The translations under genes were made by a program, and so were the position numbers. The notes below the pieces were generated by a model. It was not told where the DNA came from and searched no databases. It was given only the letters and a program-made list of their open reading frames with translations. From Oscillospiraceae bacterium (GTDB lineage: Bacteria; Bacillota; Clostridia; Oscillospirales; Ruminococcaceae): 64,000 nucleotides of DNA. This document shows positions 1-8,751 of the stretch, piece by piece (position 1 is the first letter of the stretch; the number at the start of each line of letters is the position of its first letter). The stretch is taken from the NCBI GenBank assembly GCA_015067215.1, contig SVMW01000003.1, positions 6,682 to 70,681 on the forward strand, given 5' to 3'.

Positions 1-192
1 AAGAATATAAAAGTTGCTGTTATGGGCTGTGTTGTAAATGGTCCGGGCGAAGCAAGGGAAGCTGATATCGGCATTGCCTGTGGCGTTGACAATGCAGCAA
101 TGTTCAAAAAAGGCGTAAAGGTAAAAACTTATTCAGGTAACTTTGTAGAAGAATTTATTAAAGATATTAAAATTTGTGCAGAGGAATTATAA
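1..192 (+). CDS. ispG: IspG/GcpE (HMBPP synthase), C-terminal fragment; 5' end lies outside the window
   Basis: Frame 1 is open from the window edge to TAA at 190-192. The translation ...VMGCVVNGPGEAREADIGIACG... matches the conserved IspG C-terminal Cys region. ispG-polC adjacency is common in Firmicutes. Confidence 0.75.
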   Translation, partial: KNIKVAVMGCVVNGPGEAREADIGIACGVDNAAMFKKGVKVKTYSGNFVEEFIKDIKICAEEL

Positions 193-3100
193 GTGGGAAA
201 TCTACTTTTAAGTGTATATAAAGAGCTGCAGAAAAATAATCCGTATGCTCATGAATATATGGAAACTGTACTGGAAAAGGTACAGATAGAAAAGAAAACA
301 TCTAAACTTACAGCCGTGATAAATTCATCACGGCTGCTTAGCTTTAGTGCAATTGAATATTTTGCGCTGTTTCTGCATCAGAAATATCCTCGTTTTTCAA
401 TTGATGTAACCAACACTTTTGATAAGGATACGCTTACAGAAAAAGATTTTGCCACACTGTTCAGACTTTATTCAGAAAGTGTAAGGGCAGTTCCGCTTTA
501 TTTCTTTGACGATGCAGATGTAACGCTGGAGGACAAATCTGTTACAGTAAATCTTTCCTGTGGTAAAAACTTTCTTGATGCAGTAAATTTCTGCGAAACT
601 TTTTCAGCTTATCTTGCATTGCTTATCGGTAAAGAATATAAGGTTGTACTGACACAGACCAAGGAAGCTGTTAAGACAGAGCTTCCAAGTTATGAGCTGG
701 AAAACAAGGTAGTAAAAATTGTTGAAAAATCAAAATATGACGATTTTGAAATTGCAGGGCTTAACATCAAAAAAGATTCTGTTAAAGTTATTCACGGTAA
801 ATATCAGTCATTTAAAACCAAAGATATTATCAGCATTGACAAGGCCTTGAATGATACAGGTAAAGTTACCGTATGGGGCAAAGTTTTTGCAGTTTCACAG
901 CAGGGTAACTTCCGTAAAATATTCATCTATTCCATCACAGATGGTTCAAACTCTATAAATATAAAAATACTGCTTGACCCTAATGATAAAAACATTGAAA
1001 AGTGGGAAAACATAAAACCGGGTGTTCATTTTGCAGTTAAAGGCGATTGTCAGATGGACAAATACGAACGCGATTATGTAATTATGCCATACGACATTAT
1101 CACTTTTGACTTGCAGAAAAAGAAAGACAATGCGGAACACAAAAGGGTGGAACTGCATCTGCATACAAAACAGTCTGCAATGGATGCTCTTGTTGACCCT
1201 GCCGATGCTGTAAAAAAAGCGTTTGAATACGGTCATCGTGCTGTTGCTGTTACAGACCATGGTGTTGTACAGGGATACCCACAGGCTATGCTGGAATATG
1301 AAGCAATTATGAAAAGCAACCCTGATGCGGATTTTAAACTTATCTACGGCTGTGAAGGATATTTTGTGGATAATATGATAAATATCTATTCAGGCAACCG
1401 CACAGGTGCGATAAAGGATACAGAATTTGTTGTATTTGACATTGAAACCACTGGCCTTTCACCAAACACTGAGAATATTACCGAAATCGGTGCAATTCTT
1501 GTAAAGGGCGATACCGTGCTGGATGAGTTCCACACATTTGTTGACCCGCAGAAACATATACCTGAAAAGATTACTGAACTTACAGGCATTACCGATGAAA
1601 TGGTAAAAGATGCCCCTACGCAGGAACAGGCAATCAGAGCATTCAAAGGTTTTATCGGTAACAGAATTGTCGTTGCACACAATGCTGCCAGTTTTGATGT
1701 CAACTTTATCAAAACAGTAGGTGAACGTATAGGTGTTGATTTTGACTGTGAATATATTGACACTCTGCCCTTGGCTCAAAATCTGCTCACAGAGCTTAAA
1801 AAACATAAATTGGATGTAATTGCGGAGCACTATAATCTTGGCAATTTCAACCATCACAGGGCGACAGATGACGCAAAAATGCTGTTTGAAATTTTCAGAT
1901 GTATGACAGAAGATCTTGCAGCAAAGGATATTGTAAATATTGAACAGATAAACTCAGGGCTCAGCAGCACACAGAAACTGCCTAGAAAGAGTAACCATAT
2001 TATCCTGCTGTGCAAAAACAAAGCAGGACTTAAAAATCTTTACAAGCTTATTTCTTATGGTCATCTGAAATATTTCTTCAAACAGCCGAGAATGCCGAAA
2101 AGTGAAATTATTGCCCATCGTGATGGGCTTATTCTGGGTTCCGCCTGTGAAGCAGGGGAACTGTATCAGGCTGTTGTTGCGGGCAAACCACATAAAGAGC
2201 TGCTTAAAATAGCTTCTTTTTACGATTTTCTTGAAATTCAGCCTTTGGGCAATAACGAATATATGCTCCGTGAAGGAATTGTTGAATCTATGGAGCAGAT
2301 TAAAGACTTCAACCGCAAGATTATTCAGCTTGGTGAAGAACTCAATCTGCCGGTTGTTGCTACAGGTGATGTTCATTTTATGACAATGGATGATGCAAAA
2401 TACCGTGCTATTCTTATGGCAGGTATGGGATTCTCAGATGCAGATAATCAGGCACCGCTTTATTTCCGTACAACTGATGAAATGCTTGAAGAATTCAGCT
2501 ATCTTCCGCCAGAAAAGGCATTTGAAGTTGTTGTTACAAACCCTAATCTTATTGCTGATATGGTTGAACCTGGTATCCGTGCAATTCCAAAGGGTACATA
2601 TCCGCCTAGCATTGATGGTGCAGAAGAGGAACTGCGTACAGCTACTTATAAAAAACTGCACGATATTTATGGCGAAAATCCGCCTGCAGTTATTACTGAA
2701 CGAGTGGACAAGGAACTTAACAGTATCATCAAACACGGTTATGCGGTTCTGTATGTAATTGCAAAAAAACTGGTACAGAACAGTGAGGAACACGGTTACC
2801 TTGTTGGTTCACGAGGTTCTGTTGGTTCGTCATCAATCGCATTTTTCTCCAGTATTTCAGAGGTTAACCCTCTGCCACCACACTATGTATGCCCAAAATG
2901 CAAATACAGCGAATTTGATGTGCCGGCAGAATATCTTACAGGGTTTGACCTTCCTGACAAAAACTGTCCTGTATGCGGAGCAAAACTTCACGGTGACGGC
3001 AACGATATTCCGTTTGAAACATTCCTTGGTTTTGACGGTGACAAAGAACCTGATATAGACCTTAACTTTTCAGGTGAATATCAGGCATCTGCCCACCGAT

Positions 3101-4494
3101 ATACAGAAGACCTGTTTGGTCATGAATATGTGTTTAAGGCGGGTACAATTTCTGCTTTGCAGGACAAAACTGCCTATGGTTATGTAAAAAAATATCTTGA
3201 TGAACGAGGTATTGTATGCAATAAAGCAGAAGAAAACCGGCTTACACTTGGCTGTGCAGGGGTTAAAAAGACAACAGGTCAGCACCCTGGCGGTATGGTT
3301 GTTGTGCCAAGCACACATGAAGTTTACGATTTCTGTCCTGTTCAGCACCCTGCTGACGATAAGGAAAAAGGTGTTGTTACAACACACTTTGAGTTTAAAT
3401 ATCTGCACGATACTTTGCTTAAACTTGATATTCTCGGGCACGATGTTCCTACAATGTATAAACATCTGGAAGACCTTACGGGTATTAAAATGGCGGATGT
3501 TCCTATGAACGACCCGCAGCTTTACAAAATGCTTACAAGCACTGAGCCTATTGGTGTTACGCCTGAAGATATCCAGAGCCAGACCGCCACATTCGGTATT
3601 CCGGAACTGGGCACTGACTTTGTAAGACAGATGCTTGTGGATGCACAGCCCCAGAGCTTTTCTGACCTTATCCAGATTTCTGGACTCAGCCATGGTACAG
3701 ATGTATGGATTGGCAATGCACAGGACCTTATCAAAAACGGCACATGTACAATCAGGGATGTTATCGGCACCCGTGACGATATTATGCTTACTCTCATCAA
3801 AAAAGGGGTAGAAAAAGCCCAGGCATTTAAAATTATGGAAATTACCCGTAAAGGTAAAGCTGCAAAAACCTTTGATGCAGAGCTGGAAGATATGCTCAGA
3901 AGCCATGGCGTTGAAGACTGGTACATTGAAAGCTGTAAAAAAATCAAATATATGTTCCCTAAAGCACATGCTGTAGCATATCTTATGGCAGCTATACGTC
4001 TTATGTGGTTTAAACTTTACCGACCGCTTGAATTTTATGCCACAATTTTTACAGTGCGCGGTGACGCAATTGACTACGAATCTGCAGTGGGTGGCAAAGC
4101 AGTAGCTACAAAGAACCTTAAAGAGATAACACAGCGTTTAAAAATTGAAAAGAATGCCAAAGACCTTGAAAGCCAGACAGCGCTGCAGCTTGTCTGTGAA
4201 ATGCTTGCACGCGGTTATGAATTTCTGCCGATTGAACTGGGTAAGAGCAAAGCCAAAAAGTATGTAATAGAAGATGGAAAAATCCGTCTGCCATATTCTT
4301 CTCTTAAAGGTGTTGGCGAAGCCGCTGCCGAACAGCTGGAAAAGGCATGCGAAGAAAATACTGAATTTTTGTCGGTTGAAGATTTCCAGAAATCAAGCGG
4401 TGTTTCAAGTGCAGTTGTTGACAGTCTGTACAATGCAGGTGCACTTGGCAGTCTTCCAAAGGAAAACCAGATTTCTTTGCTTGGTATGATGTAA
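193..4494 (+). CDS. polC: DNA polymerase III alpha subunit, Gram-positive PolC type
   Basis: 1433 aa. PHP motif (HLHTKQSAMDA), inserted DnaQ-like exonuclease (FDIETTGL, HNASFD, HRATDDA), Zn finger CPKC..CPVCG, alpha catalytic core. GTG start lies directly after the ispG stop. Confidence 0.97.
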   Translation: MGNLLLSVYKELQKNNPYAHEYMETVLEKVQIEKKTSKLTAVINSSRLLSFSAIEYFALFLHQKYPRFSIDVTNTFDKDTLTEKDFATLFRLYSESVRAVPLYFFDDADVTLEDKSVTVNLSCGKNFLDAVNFCETFSAYLALLIGKEYKVVLTQTKEAVKTELPSYELENKVVKIVEKSKYDDFEIAGLNIKKDSVKVIHGKYQSFKTKDIISIDKALNDTGKVTVWGKVFAVSQQGNFRKIFIYSITDGSNSINIKILLDPNDKNIEKWENIKPGVHFAVKGDCQMDKYERDYVIMPYDIITFDLQKKKDNAEHKRVELHLHTKQSAMDALVDPADAVKKAFEYGHRAVAVTDHGVVQGYPQAMLEYEAIMKSNPDADFKLIYGCEGYFVDNMINIYSGNRTGAIKDTEFVVFDIETTGLSPNTENITEIGAILVKGDTVLDEFHTFVDPQKHIPEKITELTGITDEMVKDAPTQEQAIRAFKGFIGNRIVVAHNAASFDVNFIKTVGERIGVDFDCEYIDTLPLAQNLLTELKKHKLDVIAEHYNLGNFNHHRATDDAKMLFEIFRCMTEDLAAKDIVNIEQINSGLSSTQKLPRKSNHIILLCKNKAGLKNLYKLISYGHLKYFFKQPRMPKSEIIAHRDGLILGSACEAGELYQAVVAGKPHKELLKIASFYDFLEIQPLGNNEYMLREGIVESMEQIKDFNRKIIQLGEELNLPVVATGDVHFMTMDDAKYRAILMAGMGFSDADNQAPLYFRTTDEMLEEFSYLPPEKAFEVVVTNPNLIADMVEPGIRAIPKGTYPPSIDGAEEELRTATYKKLHDIYGENPPAVITERVDKELNSIIKHGYAVLYVIAKKLVQNSEEHGYLVGSRGSVGSSSIAFFSSISEVNPLPPHYVCPKCKYSEFDVPAEYLTGFDLPDKNCPVCGAKLHGDGNDIPFETFLGFDGDKEPDIDLNFSGEYQASAHRYTEDLFGHEYVFKAGTISALQDKTAYGYVKKYLDERGIVCNKAEENRLTLGCAGVKKTTGQHPGGMVVVPSTHEVYDFCPVQHPADDKEKGVVTTHFEFKYLHDTLLKLDILGHDVPTMYKHLEDLTGIKMADVPMNDPQLYKMLTSTEPIGVTPEDIQSQTATFGIPELGTDFVRQMLVDAQPQSFSDLIQISGLSHGTDVWIGNAQDLIKNGTCTIRDVIGTRDDIMLTLIKKGVEKAQAFKIMEITRKGKAAKTFDAELEDMLRSHGVEDWYIESCKKIKYMFPKAHAVAYLMAAIRLMWFKLYRPLEFYATIFTVRGDAIDYESAVGGKAVATKNLKEITQRLKIEKNAKDLESQTALQLVCEMLARGYEFLPIELGKSKAKKYVIEDGKIRLPYSSLKGVGEAAAEQLEKACEENTEFLSVEDFQKSSGVSSAVVDSLYNAGALGSLPKENQISLLGMM

Positions 4495-4495
4495 T

Positions 4496-5296
4496 ATGAA
4501 CAGTTATATTCCTGAAAATATAAGAAAATTTATTTCTGACAAAGCTTACAAAACAGACACTACAGGTATGTCACAGTCAGAGGTTATTATTTTCGATGAT
4601 ATGGTGCTTAAAACAGAGATATATACATCGGACACAGACAGTACCATACAGATGATTAAATGGCTGCAGAACAGGCTTCCTGTGCCGGAAATTATTTGTC
4701 ACGAGGTTTGTGAAGACAAATCTTACACTCTGATGAGCAGGGTAAAGGGCAGAATGTCATGTGATGTATACCATATGGAACAGGCGGAAGAAACAGTAGC
4801 TCTGCTTGCTGAAGGTTTAAAAATGCTGTGGTCCGCAGACATTTCAGATTGTCCGAGAACACTGACCTTTGCAGATGACCTGAAAACAGCACGGTATCAT
4901 GTGGAAAATGATATGATTGATATGCAGGCGACAGATTATAATTTGTTGAAAGAAAACGGATTTAATGATGTTTCTCAGCTTCTGCCGTGGCTTGAAAAGA
5001 ATGTTCCTGAAAATGATATGGTTTTGTCGCACGGAGATTACTGTATGCCTAATGTACTTATTGAAGACGGGAAAATATCAGGTTTTATAGACCTTGGGGA
5101 ATGTGCTGTTTCTGACAGGTGGAAGGATATAGCAATGTGCTATATAAGCCTTAAAAACAATTTTTCAGGTTATTTTGGCGGTAAAGTTTATAAGGATTTT
5201 AATCCCAATATATTGTTTGAAAAACTGGGTATAGAAATTGATGCAGATAAGCTGAAATATTATATTTTGCTCAACGAACTGTTTAAAACAAAATAA
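4496..5296 (+). CDS. Aminoglycoside 3'-phosphotransferase APH(3')-family kinase
   Basis: 266 aa. Catalytic loop SHGDYCMPNVLI (HGDxxxxN), Mg-binding GFIDLG, DRWKDIAMC, and a C-terminal KLKYYILLNELF that closely parallels APH(3')-IIIa KIKYYILLDELF. ATG is 1 nt after the polC stop. Confidence 0.8.
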   Translation: MNSYIPENIRKFISDKAYKTDTTGMSQSEVIIFDDMVLKTEIYTSDTDSTIQMIKWLQNRLPVPEIICHEVCEDKSYTLMSRVKGRMSCDVYHMEQAEETVALLAEGLKMLWSADISDCPRTLTFADDLKTARYHVENDMIDMQATDYNLLKENGFNDVSQLLPWLEKNVPENDMVLSHGDYCMPNVLIEDGKISGFIDLGECAVSDRWKDIAMCYISLKNNFSGYFGGKVYKDFNPNILFEKLGIEIDADKLKYYILLNELFKTK

Positions 5297-5301
5297 ACAT
5301 C

Positions 5302-5333
5302 AAAAAAACGCGTAGATTTCTACGCGTTTTTCT
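5302..5333. terminator. Bidirectional rho-independent terminator between convergent genes
   Basis: A-run, stem ACGCGTA(G)/(C)TACGCGT with a short loop, then T-run. Confidence 0.7.
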
Positions 5334-5915
5334 TTATACATTGATTTTGAACATACCATCTTTGTTGCAGTAAATATATATTGTTCCGTGACCTTTTCGG
5401 CGGAAACGGGCTTCGGCATTTTGTTCCGGATACAGCTTTATTGTTTCAACAGAACCTGAAGTTACATAACTGATAAAAGATACATAATGCTGTTTGGTCA
5501 TCGGGTGTCTGACAGTAACATAATATTCGTTGTCAGATATTTCCACGGCAATATTGTGATTTTCGTTGCAGATATCTGCTGTTTCTTCCAGGAGAGTTAT
5601 TCCGCAGCAGCTTATATTGCACTGGCCAATGGCATTTACAGTATTTCCACATACAGGACAGATATAGAAAGATGATTTTCTAAGATTTGCCGATGTATTT
5701 TTGTTTTCTTTTATATTTCCTGTAAACAGTTCACTCAGGGAAACTCCAAGTGCTGTCGCAAGCGATTCGGTAACAGAGATATCGGGATAACCTTTTGAAG
5801 TTTCCCATTTGGAAATTGTTTTATCGCTGACACCTACAATATCAGCAAGTTGTTTTTGCGTTAATCCTTTTTTTTCACGTAGTTGTTTTATTGTTTTTCC
5901 TGTTATATAATTCAT
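5334..5915 (-). CDS. XRE-family HTH regulator fused to a desulfoferrodoxin (2Fe-SOR)-like module
   Basis: N-terminal Cro/C1 HTH (LTQKQLADIVGVSDKTISKWE). Then CPVCGN..CCG (desulforedoxin-type Cys4) and ENH / RHPMTKQHY / YCNKDG, which align to SOR centre II. Start moved to the second ATG (5915) because GGAG lies about 10 nt upstream of it. Confidence 0.75.
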   Translation of the reverse strand: MNYITGKTIKQLREKKGLTQKQLADIVGVSDKTISKWETSKGYPDISVTESLATALGVSLSELFTGNIKENKNTSANLRKSSFYICPVCGNTVNAIGQCNISCCGITLLEETADICNENHNIAVEISDNEYYVTVRHPMTKQHYVSFISYVTSGSVETIKLYPEQNAEARFRRKGHGTIYIYCNKDGMFKINV

Positions 5916-5945
5916 AAATAAATACTCCAAAACTGATTTGAGTAA

Positions 5946-5974
5946 ATTATATTATGAGTAAACAGATACTTCAA
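5946..5974 (-). promoter_or_regulatory. Putative sigma-A promoter for the XRE-desulfoferrodoxin gene
   Basis: On the minus strand: TTGAAG, 17-nt spacer, TATAAT, about 30 nt upstream of the ATG. Confidence 0.45.
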
Positions 5975-5990
5975 CCTACGTATTGTAGAG

Positions 5991-6929
5991 TTAAAGCTGT
6001 TCAAAATATTTTTGAACAAAACTGTCTTTGAGTTCAAAACATTTTCCGTTAAGATAGGCAAGAGAATTGTTGTTTTCGATATTTTCAAAGGACAGTTTGT
6101 ATGCACAAAGAAGCTGACTTTTTAAGTCTTTATGTGTAATACCATATTTTCTGTCACCGAGTATTCCTGCACCCAGATAAGCCAGATGAGCACGTATCTG
6201 ATGTGTTCTGCCTGTAACAAGGGTAGATTCAACAAGATTGAAACTGCCTTTTGAATCAAGTGTTCTGAAAATGGTAGTTATATCTTTGCTTTCATTATTG
6301 ACAGGTTTTGGTGTGACAGTAACTTTTTTTGTTCGCTTGTCTCTTGTAAGAAAAGCTGAAAACTCACCGTTAACAGCTTTGCCTGTAACAGCAAGATATT
6401 TTTTTGAAAGCTTGTTTTCTCTTATAATTTCATTCATATCGGCAAGAGAGCGGTAATTTTTCGCCGCAATGACAATACCTTCAGTGCCCTGGTCAATTCT
6501 GTTGCACAGGGCAGGTGTAAAGCTGTTTTCCTTTGCAGGATTATATTCTTCTTTTTCTGAAAGATAACTGATAACAATGTCAACAAGGTTATCCTCGTTT
6601 TTATTATCGGAATGACATAACAATCCTTGCGGTTTATAAATAAGCAGAATATTGTTATCTTCAAATACAATATCAGGTTTTTTGCCTGATTTTACTTTAA
6701 CAGGAGTATGGTTTGGCTCATCAGCAAAAAATTCATCATTTATATACAATTCAATTAAATCGCCTGTGTTTATCCGGTAATCGGCATCCTGCTTTTTGCC
6801 GTTAACTTTTATTCGCTTGTTTCGGAAACTTTTATAAAGCATGCTTTTAGGCATTTTAGGGCATACCTTTTCACAAAAGCGGCTTAAACGCACACCATTA
6901 TCATTGTTTGTAGCTGTATAGCTTTTCAT
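5991..6929 (-). CDS. RluA-family pseudouridine synthase with N-terminal S4 domain
   Basis: S4-like N-terminus, catalytic NRIDQGTEG (HRLD-type Asp loop), GRTHQIRAH. ATG at 6929 is preferred over the upstream TTG at 6947. Confidence 0.85.
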   Translation of the reverse strand: MKSYTATNNDNGVRLSRFCEKVCPKMPKSMLYKSFRNKRIKVNGKKQDADYRINTGDLIELYINDEFFADEPNHTPVKVKSGKKPDIVFEDNNILLIYKPQGLLCHSDNKNEDNLVDIVISYLSEKEEYNPAKENSFTPALCNRIDQGTEGIVIAAKNYRSLADMNEIIRENKLSKKYLAVTGKAVNGEFSAFLTRDKRTKKVTVTPKPVNNESKDITTIFRTLDSKGSFNLVESTLVTGRTHQIRAHLAYLGAGILGDRKYGITHKDLKSQLLCAYKLSFENIENNNSLAYLNGKCFELKDSFVQKYFEQL

Positions 6930-7024
6930 TTTTAACCTACTTTTCAATTTTAGTAATATATTATATAATATTATACAATAAAGTTATTTTACAGTAAATA
7001 TTTTCCGAAGGAAACAAAGATATT

Positions 7025-7711
7025 ATGAATTTACACGAAGGTCACAGACAGAGATTAAAGGACAGATTTCTTAAAAGCGGTCTTGCTGATTTTGAAGACC
7101 ATAATGTTCTTGAGTTGCTGCTTTTCTTTTCTGTTCCGAGAAGTGATACCAATGAGATTGGTCACAGACTGCTTAAAAAGTTTGGCAGCCTGTCAAATGT
7201 GTTTGAAGCACCGATAGATGAACTTTGCAAAGTTGAAGGTATAGGAATACATAGTGCAACACTTATAAAACTTATTCCTGAACTGTGCAATATCTATCAT
7301 GTGGATAAAACCGAAAATATAACTGTTGTAAACTCCACAAATATAGCAGGCAGATATTTTGTGCCAAGATTTATGGGGAAAACAGTTGAAGAAGTGCATA
7401 TTATGCTGCTTGATGACAAAAAGAAAGTTATCAAGTGCGAAATGATTTCCAAAGGGACTGTGAATGCAAGTGCAGTTTCTGTAAGGAAAATTGCAGCTGA
7501 AGCACTCAATAACAATGCAACAGGTGTAGTGCTTGCACATAACCATCCCGGTGGAATTGCATTGCCGTCAGGCAATGACATTATTGTAACAAAAAGAATA
7601 TATAAAGCACTTAAACTTATGGACATCCAGCTTTGTGACCATATAGTTGTGGCGGATGGCGATTTTGTTTCAATGCTCGACAGCGGTATGTTTGAAAGTT
7701 TTGATATGTAA
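7025..7711 (+). CDS. radC: RadC-family (UPF0758) JAB-domain protein
   Basis: HhH region plus JAMM motif LAHNHPGG and SGNDI. Confidence 0.9.
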   Translation: MNLHEGHRQRLKDRFLKSGLADFEDHNVLELLLFFSVPRSDTNEIGHRLLKKFGSLSNVFEAPIDELCKVEGIGIHSATLIKLIPELCNIYHVDKTENITVVNSTNIAGRYFVPRFMGKTVEEVHIMLLDDKKKVIKCEMISKGTVNASAVSVRKIAAEALNNNATGVVLAHNHPGGIALPSGNDIIVTKRIYKALKLMDIQLCDHIVVADGDFVSMLDSGMFESFDM

Positions 7712-7723
7712 AGGTTATTAAAG

Positions 7724-8434
7724 GTGAAAAGGCGTAAAAAAACAGGATATATAAGAAAAATTATGCTGTTTTGTATTGCAGTACTGACAGCGGTTGCGCT
7801 GTATTTTGCTGCAAGATATAATGTGTTGCCGTCAGTTTCTTTTAAAGCAGAGCATTTTAGCATAGAAACAATAAAGAGTACAGTAGATTTTAACAATAAC
7901 GGAGCAGATGATTACACAGATATATTGCTGGGAGCAAGATCAGATGCAAGGAACCATCCTAAATATGACAGCAGATATTGGGCGGAAGGTTATCCGCCTG
8001 ACGATATAGGTGTATGTACCGATGTTGTATGGCGTGCATTCAGACATGCGGGCTATAACCTGAGAGAAATGGTTGACAGAGATATACAGGCAAGACCGGA
8101 TGCATATAAAAATATTACTGTAAGGGACAGTAACATAGATTTCCGCAGAGTTGTGAATTTGCGTGTGTATTTTGATTATTATGCACAGTCCCTGACATTG
8201 GATACAAAAGAAACAGAACAGTGGCAGCCTGGAGATATAGTTATATTCGGTGCTGATAAACATATAGGTATTGTATCTGATAAAAGAACAATAGAAGGTA
8301 AAACATATATTATTCACAACGGAGGACAGCCTAACAGAGAAGAAAACTATCTTAAACGCGGTGAGGTTACAGGTCATTACCGCTTTGATGCTTCACAGAT
8401 AAGCGAAAAAGACCTGATTGCATGGTCAGAATAA
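7724..8434 (+). CDS. Membrane-anchored DUF1287-like protein
   Basis: Basic N-terminus plus one TM segment. The body (GVCTDVVWRAFRHAGYNL, GDIVIFG..HIGIV) resembles DUF1287/NlpC-like proteins. GTG start. Confidence 0.6.
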   Translation: MKRRKKTGYIRKIMLFCIAVLTAVALYFAARYNVLPSVSFKAEHFSIETIKSTVDFNNNGADDYTDILLGARSDARNHPKYDSRYWAEGYPPDDIGVCTDVVWRAFRHAGYNLREMVDRDIQARPDAYKNITVRDSNIDFRRVVNLRVYFDYYAQSLTLDTKETEQWQPGDIVIFGADKHIGIVSDKRTIEGKTYIIHNGGQPNREENYLKRGEVTGHYRFDASQISEKDLIAWSE

Positions 8435-8454
8435 AAATAAATATATCAATAAAG

Positions 8455-8492
8455 AAAAACCGTATTTATCTTTTGGATAAATACGGTTTTTC
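8455..8492 (+). terminator. Rho-independent terminator
   Basis: 12-bp stem ACCGTATTTATC/GATAAATACGGT, 5-nt loop, T-run. Confidence 0.75.
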
Positions 8493-8674
8493 CTTTAAGA
8501 ATGATTGAAAAGGTTGAGGATTTTATGAGTTGACATATTCTGAAAAAACAGAGGTTAGCTATTGCTAACTTTGCATTTTTATATTACAATGTTTCTTGAC
8601 AATTGTCAATAGAAAAAATTGTAAAAATATTATGAAATACGCTGTTATTTTTAAGAAATATATACGGTAAGATG

Positions 8675-8703
8675 TTTAAATTTTAATATAAATATGATAT
8701 AAT
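8675..8703 (+). promoter_or_regulatory. Possible uvrB promoter (extended -10)
   Basis: TTTAAA, 17-nt spacer, TGaTATAAT, about 50 nt upstream of the uvrB ATG. The -35 is weak. Confidence 0.35.
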
Positions 8704-8751
8704 AAATATTTAGAAAATTTCTGACAAAATATTTTTAAGGAGGGTACACAG

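Noticed and set aside
3070-3969. Long antisense ORFs inside real genes: 299 aa in polC, plus 9142-9774, 43972-44646, 48517-49137, 53343-53918, 7297-7896 and 18004-18450.
   Set aside because: Their translations are Cys/Phe/Asn/Ile-rich with no recognisable motifs or RBS. Each lies fully opposite a strongly supported gene. They are typical shadow ORFs.
4496-5296. The APH(3')-like gene as an acquired resistance cassette.
   Set aside because: It is flush against polC, shares a terminator with the convergent gene, has no adjacent IS or integron features, and has the same composition as its neighbours. It looks intrinsic.
8435-8751. Expected LexA (Cheo) box GAAC-N4-GTTC upstream of uvrB.
   Set aside because: Neither GAAC nor GTTC occurs in this interval, so no SOS box is annotated. 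The palindromes actually present are reported as a finding instead.
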